Below are positions 56,715 to 64,000 of a stretch of DNA of 64,000 bases, piece after piece. The DNA comes from Octopus vulgaris (lineage: Eukaryota), in assembly GCA_951406725.2 (NCBI GenBank), contig OX597831.1, forward strand, positions 62,868,001 through 62,932,000, read 5' to 3'. Position 1 is the stretch's first letter; each line of letters opens with the position of its first letter. The position numbers and the translations under genes are program-made. Below the pieces are notes generated by a model that saw nothing but the letters and a program-made list of their open reading frames with translations, ran no database searches and had not been told where the DNA came from.

Positions 56715-58372
56715 AAATACATATATGTATATATATATGTATGTATACATATGTACATATGTGTGTGTTTGCATGTGTGTGTGTGCTTCTATAGATGTAT
56801 ATCCGAATGATTTGGGAAAAGTTTTTACTGTTATAGCATTGAAAGCAGGGCATTATTATGAGTTTCCAGATTTTTTTTCTGTTTTTGTGAAATGTGTTTA
56901 TTTATTTATATATTTATGATTTCATATGAGTCTCTTGAAGTACGCGGCAAACTGCAGTTCTAAAACCCATCTCAAAGTTACTCGATTTTCATTGTCTGAC
57001 TTAAAAGGATTGGAATCTTATTGGCTTATGTAATTGAACGTGAGACTCTACAGGTACAGGAACACTGATAATGAATTTATAAATTTATCGCTACGAACGA
57101 AGTGTATGGAATTGATAGAAAAATATGCAAACGAGATTAGTAAGAAAACGAAGCTTAGATCGTAGCCTTGTTAATGCATAATGCATATATCTCAGAGCAA
57201 AGAAATCATTTAATATATGAACCAAGCATTCCCATTTCATTGGGATAATTTTTTTAGTCAATATATTATCTAAATAACGTAATAAGTGTCATGTAAGTTT
57301 ATTTATAAATCATTATCAAAGTGTTCGCAGGAAACTTCTGTTTTTCCTTTTATTCCGGTTATTTGTGAAGCCGAAAACAGAATTACCATAGTTTCGGATA
57401 ACTGCATTTGTAATGAAATAAGATACACGGAGTAAATTATATTACATAATATGTGAAAAGAAAACTAGTAAACAATATATTCTGAATTGTTTTAAGAAAT
57501 ATAAAACCTAGAACAGCAGGTTAATCAACAGCTTCGTCATATAAAATGATATCTACTTTTCCAAACATTGAAAAATCGTTATAATATGAGATCGAGTGGT
57601 TAAGGTAAATATTCTACTATTTTCCATCTAAATACTTCGACACGGCATACTGTGTCTTCTCCGTATTAAACAGCCATAGGATATCTGTTGCTTAGAAATC
57701 ATATCGATGGTTCCCTATAAATTTATGCCCTCCAAATGCCAACTCCTCATCAGCAAATGTTTTCTAAATTGTTAAAAGTAAAATTCTAAATTATATCAGG
57801 AAAGGTAGGTGAAGCCTGAGAAATGCCATGTGACGCGAAACGGTCAAATCTGAGCAGTTTTCGTGACAATTTGATAATTTTGGTACTATTATCATCTACT
57901 GCGTTTATAAGCGTCAGCATTTTATTAAACACAACTTCACTTTCAATACTATCTCTAGCACCCCAATCACATACCCACTAACAATGTTCTTAAAATCTTG
58001 CTCCTGTCAGTCTCTTTACCTGAGATAACCGCTATTCCTTATCATTAATTAGTCCTTGACATGTCTTCAGACGAAACAGGACCGACATTTTTTGGACTCG
58101 TACTTTCCTTTGGTTTTGTTTCTCATAAAAATAAAACCTGCTAAACCTCAATCCTTACTATGGACTCTAAAGACATTCCTATGAAGAGGTCATTTCAGAA
58201 CACAAACACACATACATGCATACCTGCATATGTTGAATATATATATTTGCGTTTGTGTGTGTGAGCCCGCGTGTGTATGCGTAAAGGGAAAATGAGGGCA
58301 GCACATAGTACACAAAATTTACAATATGAAGATATTGTGAGATATTGAATAAATAAATTGAAATATATATGA

Positions 58373-58758
58373 CTAGCAGTATCGCCCGGCGTTGCTCGGG
58401 TTTGTAAGGGAAATAAATATATAAGCATTTTTAGAAAGCTATAGCCAAAAAATAGCCAAAAAATGCATTAAAAATGGAAAACAAATTATGGTAATTTTTT
58501 TTTAAATCGTTGACTCATCGTAGACATTTTTAGAGAGTTACTTCCCTTATATAATAGCGAAAAAAATGCATTAAAATGGAAAAAAAATGATGGTAAATTA
58601 TTTTTAAAATCGTAGACTCATCCTAGACGCGCGCTAATACCCAGAAGGGCTCGATATGAATCACGACTATAAGATACCCGGTTTTGGTTAAACTGCACCG
58701 CAAAATGTGGGAGTAGTTAGGAATCTAAATCGTAGGATTTGACTTTTCTATATAAAGA
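58373..58758 (-). mobile_element. Non-autonomous Helitron sharing its 3' end with 18977-19350
   Basis: actagcagtatcgcccggcgttgctcgggtttgtaagggaaataa nearly identical to the 18976 copy; A|TC at 58758; internal ~100-bp tandem duplication. Confidence 0.75.
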
Positions 58759-59171
58759 TGACGTAAGTTTAAAAAAGAAATTCGTTCAAATTACGTAATT
58801 GCATTTTTTCATTAAGAAAGTGAGGTTAAAAATGCCAAGCTGAATTCGAATGTTATATTGTTTTCACTGACTGATAATATTTCATAGCCAAAGTGATTAA
58901 TATTCAGTATATACATATATGGTCGCCGAATTACGTTTAGTCGGAAATGTTGCAGTTCATTACACCTCATCTACAGTGAAGGGGTAAACATGATTTATTT
59001 TGATTTTCTCTTAAAATATACGGTCTTCTTGGCTAGTTTTGTTGATAATAGTGATTAATTTCATATCTGGCTCGATTCATATAAACAGTGTGAAGTATCT
59101 AGATATACAACGTATAAATTGTAAGAAGAATTCCTAACTTCTAAATATACTTGAAAATTCCTGTTATAATT

Positions 59172-59484
59172 TTTTGTTTGTTTGTTTGTTCCTTCTCGAG
59201 CCATACCTGGCTCATCAGGGCCGGTTTCCCGGTTTCTTGGCGTATAGGTTCCCCACCTGGACGGGACGCCGGTCCACATAGGTGAGCTGCAAGATGCAGG
59301 AGGAAAGAATGAGAGAATGTTATGGCGAAAGAGTCAGCAGAAATTTCGCCATTACCTTCTGCCGGAGCTACGTGGAGCTTAGGTGTTTCGCTCATAAACA
59401 CACACATCGTCCGGTTTGAGATTCGAACCCGCGATCCCTCGACCGGAAGTCCGCTGCTCTAACCACTAGGCCATGTGCCTCCAC
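59172..59484 (-). mobile_element. tRNA-derived SINE, type 3b, with 12-bp TSD
   Basis: tggcctagtggttag (A box), gggttcgaatctc (B box), (caaa)n tail; TSD cctgttataatt at 59160-59171 and 59485-59496. Confidence 0.9.
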
Positions 59485-60396
59485 CCTGTTATAATTGTAA
59501 AACTGAGAATGGTGTCCAGTGGGAAGAGCAATGATTATTACTAGTAGTTTTGTTGCTATCATTTTTTTTTGTAGAAAATGTTCATCGTTGCTTATGAAAA
59601 TGTCTTGTGATTTTGTAGGGATTAGCTACTATTTCTAACGTGTCGAATATATGTCACTACCTAGAGGCTATTTGCTGACTCATAATTACTAGCAATCATA
59701 TAACGCTAAAGATTTGACTTATGAACACACTCTATTATTACATTATATTGATAAGTTATTTTTAAATTATAGACAGAAGATACAGAAAATTATGAGAGCA
59801 GACACAACGACATATTTTCCACCATCTAAATTGTGTTTCATGAAATATTTTATTTGGAACAAAAGAACAATATAGGTAATATTTCTGAAAACACCGAACG
59901 TGTAATTTAGTCATTTGTTTTATCAGATAATCAGTAATCAGTTAGAATCATAATGATATTGTGTGCCGTATGGAATCAATTTATTATCACAAACAAAATC
60001 TGTAATTTAGATTTAACTGCTAACTCAAGAGGAAGAGGTTATTCCAATGAGATACGCCAGCAAATTTCATAGACATTGGTCGCTGTTTTTGTATGTTATC
60101 AATAAAATGTTAAAAACAAACGATCATCAGCATGGTCGCAGTCAAATTACTAAAGCAAGTAAAGGAATAAAAGAATACAAGAATCCAAGATTGTAGGATG
60201 AGATTTAGATAAAAAAAACATAAAGGTTTTCCTAAATCAGCGTTAAAATTCGTGCTTTTGCGCTGCTGAAGTAGAAACGAAATAAGATATATATTGGTGA
60301 TGGCTTTTTAAGATTTCTGTTTGAGTTTGAACTCACCTAAAGAGATTGCAACTGGATTCTTATTTGAGGAAACATTAGAGAGAAATAGAAAATATT

Positions 60397-61184
<788 letters not shown>

Positions 61185-62949
61185 ATAGAAAATATTGTCT
61201 TCCTAATAGCGGTTATTTTTGTTATCGTTGTTGTTCTTGTTAGCCAAGATCAAATACAATCCAACAGAAGTAAGATCAATGTTGTTCCTAATCTGAGTAC
61301 ACTGCTTCGACACTAGGTGTATCTAATGTGTCCTTACTATTTTTAAGAGGATTGTTTTTATTTGAGGAAAATTTGGCTACTATTTCTAGCTAGTCTTGCC
61401 CAGTGAGCATCATCAGACCTAGCAGCATCTAGCTTATTAATGTACAGATGGCAGGCTATGACTGATTTAAGCAAACTTCACGTTCACCAGAGTTGAGAAA
61501 GTGTTGGTCAAAGAGTGACCGGGTGACCTGTCAGTTCAGGCTACATTGTTATTATCCGACAGAAATCTCCTCAAAATACCTAAATTATACATTTCTAATA
61601 TAAAATCGATTAGTTTCTTATAAACTTGGTGATAGATCTTTCGGTTAGTTTAGTCAACTTCACCATCATGTTACGTGACCAAGATTGAACGTATTAATAC
61701 AGAAGAAATATTATATAATTCCTGACATTAGTAGTCTATACTAAATATATAAGAATTTTGTATAACACATTATTATCTGTCCAAGATACATAATACCCGC
61801 AGGATATTATTGGAATTCTTTTGTTCGACACTGGATGGATGGGAGGGAGCAGCAGTTTCTGATGGTATGTTCAGGAACAGGATCTCATCAACCTACAACG
61901 GCCGCTGCTCAGTGGAGTTGTGAAACTCCTTCAGAGCCGGTTGCGCGCTAATTTTGAAGTGGAAAGAGACTGGAACACGATTATAAACAAAGCAGTCAGT
62001 CTCTATCAGAATTGAGCTACAAGTATAATCCCTACGGAAGTTCAAAAACATGCGGCAAATACTTCCGACGATTCCGTCATAGTATATCATCTAAATACCA
62101 TACTTGTTATGATGTGACTAGTCTGAAGAGTCTGTTCTACTGCTTATTTTATAGGGTAGGCTAAATAGTCCGGTTTTGGTCGATACTAAACTTCCAAGGT
62201 TCTAATAGGAAGATAACTTCACTCTATCCCTTGCACATAAGCACTTATTAACTATAATATTTTTACTACTTATATCCACCGTCCCTTGGGGAGATTATAT
62301 TATTAGTTCGTTCTGCCAAAGGCTTCCAGTAATGTGAATGCCACGACAGTTTACTTGACTGCGTATTCTTGTGCTTATTCAGATATCAATTTAACTTCTA
62401 TAATATTTATCGGCCTTTAATATTTGCGTAAGCACATTTGCAAACATATTACAATGATTTTTTGTTGTTGCTTTTCTTTCACCCACCCACCTCTTCTGCA
62501 ATACTTCCGACCGTATATCGAACTAGTCTTCCTACACTGCCATCCATACATCTCCTTCACTAACCAAGTTTTATAGCCTAATGGTAAGATAGATATGCAA
62601 ATTCTGTAATTACTATTAATTAGTTCAGAGTGGTTTGCAAAATAGATAAAACTTATTAATTAACGATTTAATGGATCTGTTAATTTTTCCTCCAACTACT
62701 TAAATATTTTTTTTTTTTGCATTTCATGTTATTTTATAGATTTCTAAATGTTTGAAATTATTCTCTTCTTGATATAGCATTAACAAACAGTCAGCCTTTT
62801 TTTTTTCATGATGCACCATTCTACTTTTGAAATTTTGGATTCTTTTTACTGTATTGCGCATAGCTGATGACCAACTCAGCAACATCAAATACAGGTAGAT
62901 TTCCTAGAGCAATATTTATTTAGTAGAATCATACATACGTACATACATT

Positions 62950-63294
62950 CAGTAGAGGACTGGGTATAAAAATATTGGTTGCCAGGACACTAAGGAGGCC
63001 CACCCGCAACAACAAAGGAGCCCACCCGCGAATACAAGGGGGCCTACCCGCAACTACAATGCTATCATTTAATTTTCTTTTTCTTTTTCTTTTTGTTAAG
63101 GGTATTCTTTTCAATTGACTACAAACAGCCAGGCTGAAATAATTAAGGCATTCTTTCAGGAGTGAATAGAAAGCTTCTCAAACTTGAGGGGATGTGCCAC
63201 TTAGATACTAACACGGGCCCCCATATATTGATTCTAATGGCGCAGCGGCCCACTTGCCATCAGGCAAGCTGGCAACCTGATCAGTCGTCTACTG
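62950..63294. mobile_element. hAT-type MITE
   Basis: 13-bp TIR cagtaga(g/c)gactg; 8-bp TSD catacatt/catacgtt; inner ggttgccag/ctggcaacc inverted pair; three gccc/tacccgc subterminal repeats. Confidence 0.8.
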
Positions 63295-63313
63295 CATACG
63301 TTACATATTTAGG

Positions 63314-63683
63314 AGCAGGAGTGGCTGTGTGGTAAGAAGCTTGCTTAGCAACCACAGCGTGACACTTTGGCCAAGTGTTTTCTACTGTAGACTCGAGCCG
63401 ACCAAAGCCTTGTGACGGAAACTGAAAGAAGTCCTTCTAATATATATATATATATATATATGTGTGTGTATGTGTGTGTTTGTGTGTCTGTGTTTGTCCC
63501 CACATCGTTGTTTGATCAAAGATGCTGGTGTGTTTACGTCTCCGTAACTTAGAGGTTCGGCAAATGGACCGATAGAATAAGTCCCATGCTTACAAAGAAT
63601 AAATCCTGGGGTCGATTTTCTCGACAAAAGGCAGTGCTCCAGTATGGCTGCAGTCAAATTAGTGAAACAAGTAAAAGAATAAA
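63314..63683 (+). mobile_element. tRNA-derived SINE, type 2 (internally deleted)
   Basis: Same head, centre and tail as 44272-44656. Confidence 0.85.
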
Positions 63684-64000
63684 ATTTATATATATATATA
63701 TTATAAATATATATATATATATATATTTATATGCACATATATACATACATACACATATATACATATGCATATATGGGTACAGGACGTCACCAACAGTAAA
63801 CAACATGCAATACGAAAACAAATGAGTTCAATACGCAAACAACGAGAGAAACAAAGGGGAAAAAAGGACATTCTCTTTTACTTTTGCAGATACTAGATAG
63901 TGGTCATGCTGGGACACTGCCTTGAAAAATGTTTAAGTCTAATGAATCGACTGTCTTTTCCAAAACCGCTAAGTTTGCAGCGACGTAACCACTCCAACAC

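Overview
AT-rich, microsatellite-dense eukaryotic (metazoan) DNA; no host protein-coding gene is confidently identified. The tRNA-derived SINE families and repeat landscape resemble coleoid cephalopod (Octopus-like) genomes; this is recollection-based inference, not a search result. Content: a full-length mariner with TIRs and TA TSD; a decayed maT/DD37D-type element; several families of RLE-type (R4/Dong-like) non-LTR retrotransposons sitting in (TAA)n, including a co-oriented stack of six insertions at 23.1-28.7 kb and a near full-length copy at 45-49.3 kb; a 5'-truncated Penelope-like element (RT + GIY-YIG) with a ~3 kb (CA)-rich tail; non-autonomous Helitrons; a hAT-type MITE; RTE-derived pieces; many SINEs. 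Most ORF-track entries are microsatellite artefacts. Best candidate for an undescribed system: a palindromic 788-bp insertion (60397-61184, 12-bp TSD) whose arms join a tRNA-like head, a triplet microsatellite and a Penelope-type minimal hammerhead motif, with several other hammerhead-like short elements next to (TA)n runs elsewhere in the window.
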